Below are positions 48,289-56,740 of a stretch of 64,000 nt of DNA, one piece after another. Every line of letters begins with the position of its first letter. Position 1 is the first letter of the stretch. The notes below the pieces were generated by a model. It did no database searches. It was not told where the DNA came from and saw only the letters and a program-made list of their open reading frames with translations. Location of the stretch: the NCBI GenBank assembly GCA_964554765.1, contig CAZKPS010000001.1, positions 72,786-136,785 on the forward strand, in the 5' to 3' direction. This stretch comes from an uncultured Candidatus Saccharibacteria bacterium. Lineage in GTDB: Bacteria > Patescibacteriota > Minisyncoccia > Phycocordibacterales > CAIRYW01. The position numbers and the translations under genes were made by a program.

Positions 48289-48352
48289 GCAGGACTCGAA
48301 CCTACAAAAACGGTTCCGAAGACCGTTGTGATATCCATTTCACCACGGGTGC
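48281..48352 (-). tRNA. tRNA-Arg (anticodon UCG), CCA not encoded
   Basis: Acceptor gcacccg/cgggtgc, D-arm gtga-aatggata-tcac, anticodon arm acggt-CTTCGGA-accgt and T-arm gtagg-ttcgagt-cctgc. Coordinates are anchored to track ORF 47881..48261. Confidence 0.75.
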
Positions 48353-48410
48353 GTAGTAAGTACTATACATCAAATTATGAAAAAGTAAAAATATAATGTA
48401 GAATTAAGGT

Positions 48411-49895
48411 ATGAAGAACGATACTCTCAATATCCCAAAGGAAGTTTCACATGTAACAGAAACACTTGAAAACGCTGGTTTTGAAGCATATTTAGTAGGC
48501 GGCTGCGTACGAGATATGTTGCTTGGTCGCAAGCCAAAGGATTGGGATGTGACCACAAATGCTACACCAGAACAGATTGTTTCATTGTTTCCAAACACTT
48601 TTTATGAAAATGACTATGGAACAGTAGGGATAGTTAATGATGAGGAGGGGATAGACCCGACACTTAAAGTAGTAGAGATAACTCCATACCGAATTGAAGG
48701 AAAGTACTCAAACAACAGACATCCAGACGAGGTGAAGTGGAGTAACAATATCCTCGACGATCTCGATAGAAGAGACTTCACGGTCAATGCCATAGCAGTG
48801 CGAAGCAAAGCGGGCAAGAACGCGATTGTAGACCCTCACAATGGGCAACAGGACCTAAAGGACAAACTAATCCGAACAGTAGGGAACCCTCATGAAAGAT
48901 TCCAGGAAGACGGACTACGGATACTTCGATCAGTTCGAATCGCGACTGATCTTGATTTTGATATTGATCCTGCTACCGAAAAGGCAATTATAGAGGAAGG
49001 GGGTCTTTTGAAGAATATATCTGTTGAGCGTGTCCGAGACGAGTTCTCAAAGATTTTGATGTCCGATAGACCTTCGTTTGGGATTGAGCTCTGTGAAAAA
49101 ACACGGATTCTTCAATACTTTTTGCCAGAACTCCGTGATGGAATAGGGTGCGGACAGAATCAGGCGCACGCATTTGATGTATTTACCCACCTTATGAAGA
49201 CTCTTGAGCACGCTGCAAAGAAAAAATACACATTTGAGGTACGTCTTGCAGCCTTGTTTCACGATATAGGAAAGCCAGCAACAAAGAAACCTTCGACTAA
49301 ACGTGATGAACCTACTTTCTATGGACACGATGTTGTAGGAGCACGAATAACTGAGAAAATACTCAATAGACTCAAATTTCCCAAGAAAACCATTGATATG
49401 GTTGTGAAACTCGTGCGTTGGCATATGTTTTTCTCTGATACAGAAACTATTACGCTCTCTGCAGTACGAAGAATGATACGAAATGTAGGGGAAGAGAATA
49501 TCTGGTATCTTATGGATGTACGCGCTTGTGATCGTATAGGGACAGGTAGACCAAAGGAAAGTCCATATAGACTACGTGTGTACCACTCAATGGTGGAGGA
49601 GGCAATGAGAAACCCAATCTCTGTTGCCACACTGAAGATTAATGGAGCGCGGCTTATGGAAATCACCAAGATGCCTCCTGGACCGAAAATAGGGCAGATA
49701 CTACTTATTCTTCTTGAGGAAGCGCTCGATAATGCAGATATAAATACAGTTGAATATCTAGAAAAAAGAGCATTGGAACTTGCAGAACTAGATGAAAAAG
49801 AGTTAAAAATATTAGGTGAAAAGGCGAAAGCTCGTAAGGAAGAAGTGGAGGAAAAAGAAATAGGAAAAATTCGGAATAAACACCATGTAAAATAG
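48411..49895 (+). CDS. cca: CCA-adding tRNA nucleotidyltransferase with a C-terminal HD domain
   Basis: GGCVRDMLLGRKPKDWDVTT polymerase-beta-type head and HD motif LFHDIGKP. It lies directly downstream of three CCA-less tRNA genes. Confidence 0.85.
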   Translation: MKNDTLNIPKEVSHVTETLENAGFEAYLVGGCVRDMLLGRKPKDWDVTTNATPEQIVSLFPNTFYENDYGTVGIVNDEEGIDPTLKVVEITPYRIEGKYSNNRHPDEVKWSNNILDDLDRRDFTVNAIAVRSKAGKNAIVDPHNGQQDLKDKLIRTVGNPHERFQEDGLRILRSVRIATDLDFDIDPATEKAIIEEGGLLKNISVERVRDEFSKILMSDRPSFGIELCEKTRILQYFLPELRDGIGCGQNQAHAFDVFTHLMKTLEHAAKKKYTFEVRLAALFHDIGKPATKKPSTKRDEPTFYGHDVVGARITEKILNRLKFPKKTIDMVVKLVRWHMFFSDTETITLSAVRRMIRNVGEENIWYLMDVRACDRIGTGRPKESPYRLRVYHSMVEEAMRNPISVATLKINGARLMEITKMPPGPKIGQILLILLEEALDNADINTVEYLEKRALELAELDEKELKILGEKAKARKEEVEEKEIGKIRNKHHVK

Positions 49896-50024
49896 AGAGG
49901 CTTGCCCCGTAGTAAATTTGTAATCAAATTTTGCTTTGGGGTAGAAGAGAGGGAAATTGGGCAGATACAGAGTAAGTATCATGTGAAATAGTAGTTGATA
50001 GCCAATAGTCATTAGTTTATAAAA

Positions 50025-50056
50025 AAGCGATACCCTTTGGGCACCGCTTTTTTTGC
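50025..50056 (+). terminator. Imperfect terminator hairpin after cca
   Basis: agcgataccc-ttt-gggcaccgct with two mismatches, followed by TTTTTTT. Confidence 0.4.
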
Positions 50057-50669
50057 TCTGTGTTTATTCTATATAATATATTCAAAATTCAGTATTCCAC
50101 TCAAGAAAAGGAAAAGACCGCTTCCGCGGCAGGGATCCTACATTTCTCGCGCCAAACATGAAAATTTCTGGCACCTATAGTTCTCTTACCTCAAAAACGG
50201 CCTTTGTTTATCGATTTTCCTCTAATATATGTTTTAGAGTTGTTGTTTCTGGTTTCACGAGAAACACACTTTCGATATAAAGGAGTTTATAAATCAATGG
50301 TTTTTTGGCTAATACAAGTGATTGTGAGATATCAAGTTTAAAGAATTTCCTTTTTATAATACTACGCGAACGTAGTTGAAAGAGATATATTTTGAGAAAT
50401 CAATTTCTACTTATATCAATCCAATTCTTTACTTTTAACCTAAACCTTTAGATTTACATTGCTCAAAGAACTTTCTCGCATTTCTAGAGGTGCTTTAAGT
50501 ATTCATAAGACGACTTGTACCAATCTTCGTCTTGTTTAAACCAAAAACATACTCTTCGTTTATGAATTACAATGTTGACTTCAAAAGTCCGAGACAGTAA
50601 TTTCATCAAACATATTTTTGCGACTGAGATAATTATATTTTTTTATTAAAGACATGTAAAGGACATACC

Positions 50670-50711
50670 TGTGGATAACAATGTCTTTTATAAAAGACAT
50701 TGTTATCCACA
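50670..50711. repeat. Near-perfect 20-bp palindrome containing two inverted DnaA-box consensus 9-mers (TGTGGATAA / TTATCCACA)
   Basis: tgtggataacaatgtctttt at / aaaagacattgttatccaca. It sits inside a ~900-bp AT-rich stretch (49900..50807) with no ORFs. Confidence 0.6.
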
Positions 50712-50807
50712 AAAAATTTTAGGTGATAATAGTTAATTAACCAAATGAAAATGCATTGCAATCAATGGTTGCAATGCATTTTCTGAATTCATTCAATATA
50801 CAATATT

Positions 50808-51647
50808 CTATATTCCAACTTCTAGCATTACTGGGCAATGATCAGATCCCATCACTTCATTTAAAATTTCAGCTTTCTTAATTTTTTTCTCAAGTCTTTT
50901 TGATGCAAAGAAATAATCTATTCTCCATCCGACATTTCTCGCTCTCGCTCCGCCCCAAGCTGTCCACCAAGTATAATTACCTCCTTCTTTATTAAATAAT
51001 CTGAATGTATCTACAAAGCCGGCATCTAGAATATTATCCACCCCTTCTCGTTCTTCCGCAGTAAATCCGTGTTCACCTTCGTTTTCTTTTGGACGAGCGA
51101 GGTCTTGTACTGTGTGAGCAACGTTCAGATCACCGCAGAAAATAACAGGTTTTTTGACCTCAAGTTCTTTACAGTATTCAAGAAACGCCGGATCCCATTT
51201 TTTGTAGCGAAGCTCGAGGCGACTCAAATTATCTTTGGAATTAGGAGTATAAACATTTACTATATAGAATTCATCGAATTCTGCTGTAATCACGCGCCCC
51301 TCAGTATTAGGATTACCATATGAATCAGTGTCGAATTTGTATTTATGAGCGATTTCTTTTGGAAGTCCAAGGATTATTGAAATAGGCTTGATTTTAGTAA
51401 ATATTGCCACACCACTGTAGCCTTTTTTCTCTGCTGAATTCCAATATTCTTCATATTCTGAAAGATCTATCTCTGCCTGACCTTGCTGTGCTTTAGTCTC
51501 TTGAAGGCATATGATATCTGGTTTGTATTTAGCAACAGATGGAAGAAAAAGTCCTTTATTGTGGACTGCGCGAATACCGTTTACATTCCATGAGATGATT
51601 AGCATACGAATAGTATATAGTATGTGGTATATGGTATACAAACACAA
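50808..51647 (-). CDS. xth: Exodeoxyribonuclease III (likely start MLIISWNVNG at ~51605)
   Basis: WNVNGIRA, QETK and the C-terminal SDHCPV motif. Confidence 0.85.
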   Translation of the reverse strand: MCLYTIYHILYTIRMLIISWNVNGIRAVHNKGLFLPSVAKYKPDIICLQETKAQQGQAEIDLSEYEEYWNSAEKKGYSGVAIFTKIKPISIILGLPKEIAHKYKFDTDSYGNPNTEGRVITAEFDEFYIVNVYTPNSKDNLSRLELRYKKWDPAFLEYCKELEVKKPVIFCGDLNVAHTVQDLARPKENEGEHGFTAEEREGVDNILDAGFVDTFRLFNKEGGNYTWWTAWGGARARNVGWRIDYFFASKRLEKKIKKAEILNEVMGSDHCPVMLEVGI

Positions 51648-51734
51648 AGACTTTTGATGTATTTCCTAATAGATTTTTATAAAATCTTTTCCACAGCTTG
51701 TCAAAATTAGAATTAGGAGTAGTATACTGAACCA

Positions 51735-52101
51735 GTGAGCACCTTTTAAACTTGAGGGCTCTAAGGAAACATTAATTCACCTACCTCCTATGCCACCCAA
51801 CGGATCCACATCGCGCTGCCCTAAAGACCATCTTTACGCCGGCCATCCTGCAATTTCCGCACTGCTCAACCTGCCGAGCCCCGACCGATTTGGTCACAGG
51901 ACTATCAGGGTCGGTCCGACGGACTCGGAGACCATTCTGGCTAACAAAGATGGTGTTGCCAAATACTTCATGGATACCCACACTCTCGACTTCTCGTTCA
52001 AAAGTGGGGTCCCTTTGAGTACCGTGACATTAACCCCTCGCTGAGAGATTCATCAGCACGTTTATATCACACCCCAAGACGAAAGTCGGCCGGGTGTTTT
52101 T
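51735..52101 (+). ncRNA. Candidate structured ncRNA, or a degraded gene remnant: a ~330-nt G+C-rich noncoding segment
   Basis: G+C content is sharply above the flanks, and stops break every frame (only two short unconvincing ORFs). It ends in a GAAA-tetraloop hairpin plus caccc...gggtg followed by TTTTT, and a second terminator follows. It did not match the RNase P, tmRNA, SRP or 6S motifs I could check by eye. Confidence 0.25.
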
Positions 52102-52113
52102 AATTTGGAGTGA

Positions 52114-52150
52114 AAATAGCACCGCGCCTAAAGGCGCGGTGCATTTTTGA
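52114..52150. terminator. Bidirectional terminator (also serves the xer gene)
   Basis: Hairpin gcaccgcgcc-taaa-ggcgcggtgc with T-runs on both strands. Confidence 0.65.
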
Positions 52151-52177
52151 TTTCTATACTACATACAATATACAAAA

Positions 52178-52220
52178 TACTACATACTACATACTACATA
52201 CTACTTACTACTTCTTACTA
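52178..52220. repeat. Heptamer microsatellite, (ATACTAC)x4 followed by degenerate copies, immediately 3' of the xer stop
   Basis: Tandem atactac atactac atactac atactac ttactac ttcttac. Coordinates may be off by 1 nt. Confidence 0.55.
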
Positions 52221-53125
52221 TGAAATTTTTTATGCACTTCTCGAAGATGTGAGTCAGTGACGTGGGTATAGATTTGAGTAGTTGAGATATTTGCGTGTCC
52301 CAAAAGCATCTGTACAGAACGTAAGTCAGCACCATTGCGGAGCAAATCAGTCGCAAAACAGTGTCGTATCACGTGGGGAGTTACTTTTTTGGATACCCCT
52401 GCTTTGATTGCATAATATCTGATTAGTCTTTGAATTGAGCGGGGAGTCAGGGCTCCGTCTTCTTTTTTTGCTCTTTCATTGCCCACTTTTACAAAGAGAG
52501 CACCGTCGAGGTCTTTACGGAGATTCAAATATGTTTTCACCATTGATTTTGCTTCATCGGAAAGGAAAACAACACGCACCTTACCACCTTTACCTCTGAT
52601 AGAGAGCTCATCCTGACGAAGATCAATATCCCGATCAAGTGAACAAAGCTCGGACACTCGAAGTCCAGTAGAGAAGAGGAGTTCCAAAATAGCCTTACCA
52701 CGAGCCTTTTTTTCTTGATTCTCCTCATTATTTGGCGCATCAAAGATTCTCCGGAGTTCATCTGCAGAGATGAGGTCGAGTGATCTCTCGCCGGTTTTCG
52801 CAAGCTCTATATAGTCTGCCGGTAGGGTAGTAATCCCTCGTTTTGCTATGTATTTGAGAAATGCGCGGAGAGCAATGAGATAATAGTTTTGAGTTCTTTT
52901 CTTGAGAGTTTCATTGAATTTACGATTGTTGCCTGTTACCTGTCGGTTAAGCCAGAGACGATATTCACGCATTATTTCTGGAGTAATATCTTTTGGATCG
53001 GTCTTTTTAAAGAATTCGAGAAACCGAGTAAGGTAATGATCATAATTCTCAACAGTCTTGAGGCTGCGACCTTTTTCGATTTCGATGTGTTCAAGGAATT
53101 GTCTTTTGAGGGTGAGTAGATCCAT
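52208..53125 (-). CDS. Tyrosine recombinase, XerC/XerD family
   Basis: 305 aa with an N-terminal SAM-like domain and the catalytic motifs RHCFAT and LGHANISTTQIYTHV. Confidence 0.85.
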   Translation of the reverse strand: MDLLTLKRQFLEHIEIEKGRSLKTVENYDHYLTRFLEFFKKTDPKDITPEIMREYRLWLNRQVTGNNRKFNETLKKRTQNYYLIALRAFLKYIAKRGITTLPADYIELAKTGERSLDLISADELRRIFDAPNNEENQEKKARGKAILELLFSTGLRVSELCSLDRDIDLRQDELSIRGKGGKVRVVFLSDEAKSMVKTYLNLRKDLDGALFVKVGNERAKKEDGALTPRSIQRLIRYYAIKAGVSKKVTPHVIRHCFATDLLRNGADLRSVQMLLGHANISTTQIYTHVTDSHLREVHKKFHSKK

Positions 53126-53222
53126 ATGATAAGTATATCAAAAAATATTTTGCGACATAATATTTTTTTGATAATAAAGCATAAGGGGTATATAATTTGA
53201 ACATTAAAATAACTAGAAAAAT

Positions 53223-55481
53223 ATGCCAGATAAAATTCCACCACCAGATGAAATAAATGCAGGATCACCAGAATCTCAACCTGGGGTAGATGTTGAGACC
53301 ATTCTAGAGGAAAAAATTGCCCCTATTAGAAGTGCAATTGCTAACGGAAGACCTATTGATGTTGAAGATTACAGAGCATTTTTTGCTGCTATACCTGACA
53401 AAGGCACCGTAAGCGATGATGATTATGAAATTGCAAGGGAATACGCAGAAAATCTCTTGAAGCTTTTTCGTAGTGAGAATGTCGAGATTAAGATATCGGA
53501 TACTCAAACTAAGAAATTTAATGAGCTTGAAAAGGAGCGTAAGGAACGAGAGGAAAAGCAGAAGGAAGATCTTGAAAATTTTCTAGAGCTTAAGAGAGAA
53601 ATAACTGGTTATATTCATAACAACCAATTTATTCCTTTTGCTCTCGCAGTAAAAGCAGAATCATTACTAGAAGATATTCCAGAGGAGGAAAGGGATGAAT
53701 TCGATATATTGATGAATCAAGACAAGGTAAGAATCATTCAAAAAAGTAATAGTCGACAAATCACTTGGAATGACTTCTTGATTAGAAATTCGCCAGAGAT
53801 GATTGAGATGAAAGAACTCATAACAAAACTTCAAGAGATAGTTAATGATAAAAATCCAAATCCAATTCCCGTTGAATATCTGGAAAGTCTTCATGAATTT
53901 TTAAAGACAGATGATGATCGTGTTGTATCTCTGCTTTTGCGCAACCAGATCCTTTCTGGTATGAAAAATGCAACAAAGAAAAAACCAATCTTGGTCACCT
54001 TAGCTGATGGAAATACAGTAGAAGTAAAATCTGATGTATTTGACTCGGCTGATAAATTACCAAAGCCAGAAACTCCTGCCCCAGCAAAAATCGAGCCCAC
54101 TCCAGCTGCTACACCTGAACCAACCCCTGCTACTGCAAAAGTCACAGCCTCTTCAACAGCATCTGTTGCAGAAGCACCAGTCAAACCAGAAGCTACACCA
54201 GCAGTAGAGCCTCCTCTCAAGATAGACCCAGAAACATATAAAAGACAGCTTGCACTAGAACTTGAGTCAATTGAGATGCATACAATTGAGCACATCCTCG
54301 AGGAAATAGTAGTAGAGTTCAGTAAACTAAGTAAAAAAGATAAAGAAGTATTTAAAGAGCTTCTAGAAAAAATATCTCCTTCTTCTCACGATAATCACGG
54401 AGACCACCACGAAGAAGAGCACGATACTCATCATAACGAACATGATAGTGGACATACGCACAGTACAGAACACGAGAAATCTCCTGCAGAACTCGCAGAG
54501 ATAGTAAGTGGATTCCTAAAAAAACTTGAGTCCAGTGATGAGCTTGAGATGAGTGATGCAACACGTCAATCACTCAAAGGTATGTTCTACAATCTCAGAG
54601 TAGAGGTAAGAAAAGCAGAAATAAAAGCATTAGATGAAGAAAAACTATTCAAAGATGACAAAGAGAAACTGAAAATATTTGAAGCAATTTCAAAATCAAA
54701 AAGGGAAAGTGAAGCGGCATATAATGATGAAATAAATATAATAGAGTCAAGACTTGATGAAGTGGAAGGTGACGAAAACATTCAGGATAGCTACCGCATT
54801 ATTTTACTTAGAGAGAAATTCATAAAAATCTTCGAGTACAACAAGAAGATGCGTGACTTCCTATCTAGAGAAATTGAGGAGCTGCGAAAAGCTCTCGAGG
54901 AGAAGAAAGCTGAACTCGAAGAAAAAATCAGAATCCGAGATGCGGCAGAAGAAGAGATGAGAGAAGCTGTCCGAAGCGGTGATAAGGAAAGAATCAAATC
55001 TACTACAGAAGTCTACAAAAAAGCACAGAAAGATGTTGATGAATTGGAAATAATTGTTCATGGATTGCAACTCAAAGTAAATGGTAAAGTCGCAGTACTT
55101 GAATCAGTAACACACAAGATTGAGGAAATAGAAGGAAAAAAGGCGGATATAGAAAAAAGTGACGACTTAGCAGAGGTTAGAGAAATAATTGAGGAAGTAG
55201 AAAAACTTTCAAAAGAAATCGACCACGAGTTAAAACCAGGTTTGCACGGAGATCATGGACACGAGCACGGACATCACCATGATGAGCCAAAGAAATCTCT
55301 ATTTAAATCGACAGTGACGTGGAGTCTCGTAGGTGGAGGGTTATTAATAGGGTTGTTCAATATTTTTGCAACAAATCTCTACAATACACTTCGAGGAGTA
55401 AAGGCAAGCGGAGGAGGAGGTGGTGGTCATGGTGGAGGACATGGAGGTGGCCACGGGCACGGTGGAGGCGGACACCATTAA
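53223..55481 (+). CDS. His-rich coiled-coil protein with a C-terminal TM anchor and a Gly/His tail (function unknown)
   Basis: 752 aa with long Glu/Lys coiled-coil segments, a Pro/Ala/Thr linker and three His clusters (HDNHGDHHEEEHDTHHNEHDSGHTH; HGDHGHEHGHHHDE; GGGHGGGHGGGHGHGGGGHH). There is a single TM helix near the C-terminus. Confidence 0.6.
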   Translation: MPDKIPPPDEINAGSPESQPGVDVETILEEKIAPIRSAIANGRPIDVEDYRAFFAAIPDKGTVSDDDYEIAREYAENLLKLFRSENVEIKISDTQTKKFNELEKERKEREEKQKEDLENFLELKREITGYIHNNQFIPFALAVKAESLLEDIPEEERDEFDILMNQDKVRIIQKSNSRQITWNDFLIRNSPEMIEMKELITKLQEIVNDKNPNPIPVEYLESLHEFLKTDDDRVVSLLLRNQILSGMKNATKKKPILVTLADGNTVEVKSDVFDSADKLPKPETPAPAKIEPTPAATPEPTPATAKVTASSTASVAEAPVKPEATPAVEPPLKIDPETYKRQLALELESIEMHTIEHILEEIVVEFSKLSKKDKEVFKELLEKISPSSHDNHGDHHEEEHDTHHNEHDSGHTHSTEHEKSPAELAEIVSGFLKKLESSDELEMSDATRQSLKGMFYNLRVEVRKAEIKALDEEKLFKDDKEKLKIFEAISKSKRESEAAYNDEINIIESRLDEVEGDENIQDSYRIILLREKFIKIFEYNKKMRDFLSREIEELRKALEEKKAELEEKIRIRDAAEEEMREAVRSGDKERIKSTTEVYKKAQKDVDELEIIVHGLQLKVNGKVAVLESVTHKIEEIEGKKADIEKSDDLAEVREIIEEVEKLSKEIDHELKPGLHGDHGHEHGHHHDEPKKSLFKSTVTWSLVGGGLLIGLFNIFATNLYNTLRGVKASGGGGGGHGGGHGGGHGHGGGGHH

Positions 55482-55517
55482 AATACAGTTTGTAGTCCGT
55501 ATCTAGTAGCAGAATCC

Positions 55518-55549
55518 AAGGCACGGCAGCTAAGCTGCCGTGCCTTTTG
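55518..55549 (+). terminator. Rho-independent terminator
   Basis: Hairpin ggcacggcagc-taa-gctgccgtgcc followed by TTTTGCTGT. Confidence 0.65.
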
Positions 55550-55587
55550 CTGTATTCTATATACAATATTCAATATTCGAACACGAC

Positions 55588-55616
55588 TTGCTTTTGATGG
55601 GCTTTCGTGGTAAGAT
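55588..55616 (+). promoter_or_regulatory. Sigma-70-like promoter (TTGCTT-17-TAAGAT) for rpsO
   Basis: The -10 element ends 6 nt before the rpsO ATG, so the mRNA is leaderless or nearly so. Confidence 0.35.
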
Positions 55617-55622
55617 TCCAGC

Positions 55623-55895
55623 ATGATAACAAAGACAAAGAAAACCAAAGTGATCAAGGATCTACAGATTCATGATAAAGATACTGGCTCTCCAGAAGTG
55701 CAGATTGGTATCCTTTCTAAGCGAATCGATGAACTTGCAGAACACCTAAAGACTCATAAGAAGGATAATCACTCTCGAAAGGGACTTCTCCAGCTTGTAG
55801 CAGATCGACAATCTCACATGAAATATCTCATGAAGAAAGACGCGAAGCGATACGCCTCAGTAGTAAAAAAACTAGAACTCAAAAAGAAGGCGTAA
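55623..55895 (+). CDS. rpsO: 30S ribosomal protein S15
   Basis: 90 aa with S15 signature regions ([14 protein letters not shown]). Confidence 0.95.
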   Translation: MITKTKKTKVIKDLQIHDKDTGSPEVQIGILSKRIDELAEHLKTHKKDNHSRKGLLQLVADRQSHMKYLMKKDAKRYASVVKKLELKKKA

Positions 55896-55913
55896 AAGCC
55901 TTCTTTTTGTTTT
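55885..55913 (+). terminator. Terminator/attenuator overlapping the rpsO stop
   Basis: Hairpin agaaggc-gtaaaa-gccttct followed by TTTTGTTTT. Confidence 0.55.
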
Positions 55914-55997
55914 AATACCTTTTGAGGTATAATTTTTATAGTAGGTCTTATTTTAATAATCGGTAGAAAGCAATGTTTTTCTAACCTAACCAGCCAA

Positions 55998-56618
55998 TTG
56001 GCTTTTTATATGTCAGTAATTAAACACAAAGAACAGAGAGTAGGAGTCTTTATAGATACTCAAAACCTTTATCACACAGCCAAAAACCTTTATCACGCAA
56101 GGGTTAATTTTGGCGCAGTACTCAAAGACGCGGTCGCAGGACGAAATCTCATCCGTGCTATTGCGTATGTAATCACTACAGAAGCAGGGGATGAACGAGC
56201 GTTTTTCGAAGCTCTCACAAAAATGGGTATCGAATCAAAAACCAAAGATCTTCAGATATTCGCAGGGGGAAGTAAAAAAGCAGACTGGGATGTAGGACTC
56301 GCAGTAGACGCGATCAAAATCGCGCCGAAGCTTGATGCAATCATTATTGTTTCAGGAGACGGAGACTTTATCCCACTTGTAGAATATCTACGTACAAATA
56401 TGGGGTGCCAAGTAGAGGCAGCATCATTCGGCAAATCTACATCAAGTAAACTCAAGGAAGCAGTAGATGATTTTATTGATCTTGATGAGGATCCAAGTAA
56501 ATACCTTCTAGGACAAACTCCACAAAAGAACAGTAGACGGCCGAAGGGAAGAGATAGTGTGCGAAACAACAACAGTGATCTGGCAGAGATGCTAAGAGAG
56601 GCGGGGGAAGAGTTATAA
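55998..56618 (+). CDS. NYN-domain (LabA-like) protein, probable ribonuclease
   Basis: VGVFIDTQNLYH ... KADWDVGLAVDAIKIA ... IIIVSGDGDFIPLVEYLR. Confidence 0.75.
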   Translation: MAFYMSVIKHKEQRVGVFIDTQNLYHTAKNLYHARVNFGAVLKDAVAGRNLIRAIAYVITTEAGDERAFFEALTKMGIESKTKDLQIFAGGSKKADWDVGLAVDAIKIAPKLDAIIIVSGDGDFIPLVEYLRTNMGCQVEAASFGKSTSSKLKEAVDDFIDLDEDPSKYLLGQTPQKNSRRPKGRDSVRNNNSDLAEMLREAGEEL

Positions 56619-56657
56619 AATACAGCTTTCAGGTTTTAGCTGCTAGCTATTGGCTTA

Positions 56658-56690
56658 AAATACAGATCAGCACCGTGGCTACGCCATGGT
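56658..56690 (+). terminator. Terminator hairpin
   Basis: agcaccgtggc-tacg-ccatggtgct (one G-U pair) followed by TTTAATT. Confidence 0.5.
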
Positions 56691-56740
56691 GCTTTTAATT
56701 GACACCATAACAGATATCTGTAGTATTTATCGCGGATCGG

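Noticed and set aside
51735-52101. Calling the G+C-rich segment RNase P RNA or tmRNA
   Set aside because: I could not find the RNase P P4 strands (GGAAAGUCCGGGC / ACAGAAnCCGGCUUA), a tmRNA tRNA-like T-arm/acceptor or an SRP helix-8 motif. It is left as an unclassified candidate.
53891-54295. Minus-strand ORF of 134 aa inside the His-rich protein gene
   Set aside because: It is antisense to a Pro/Ala/Thr-rich linker and is a low-complexity shadow ORF.
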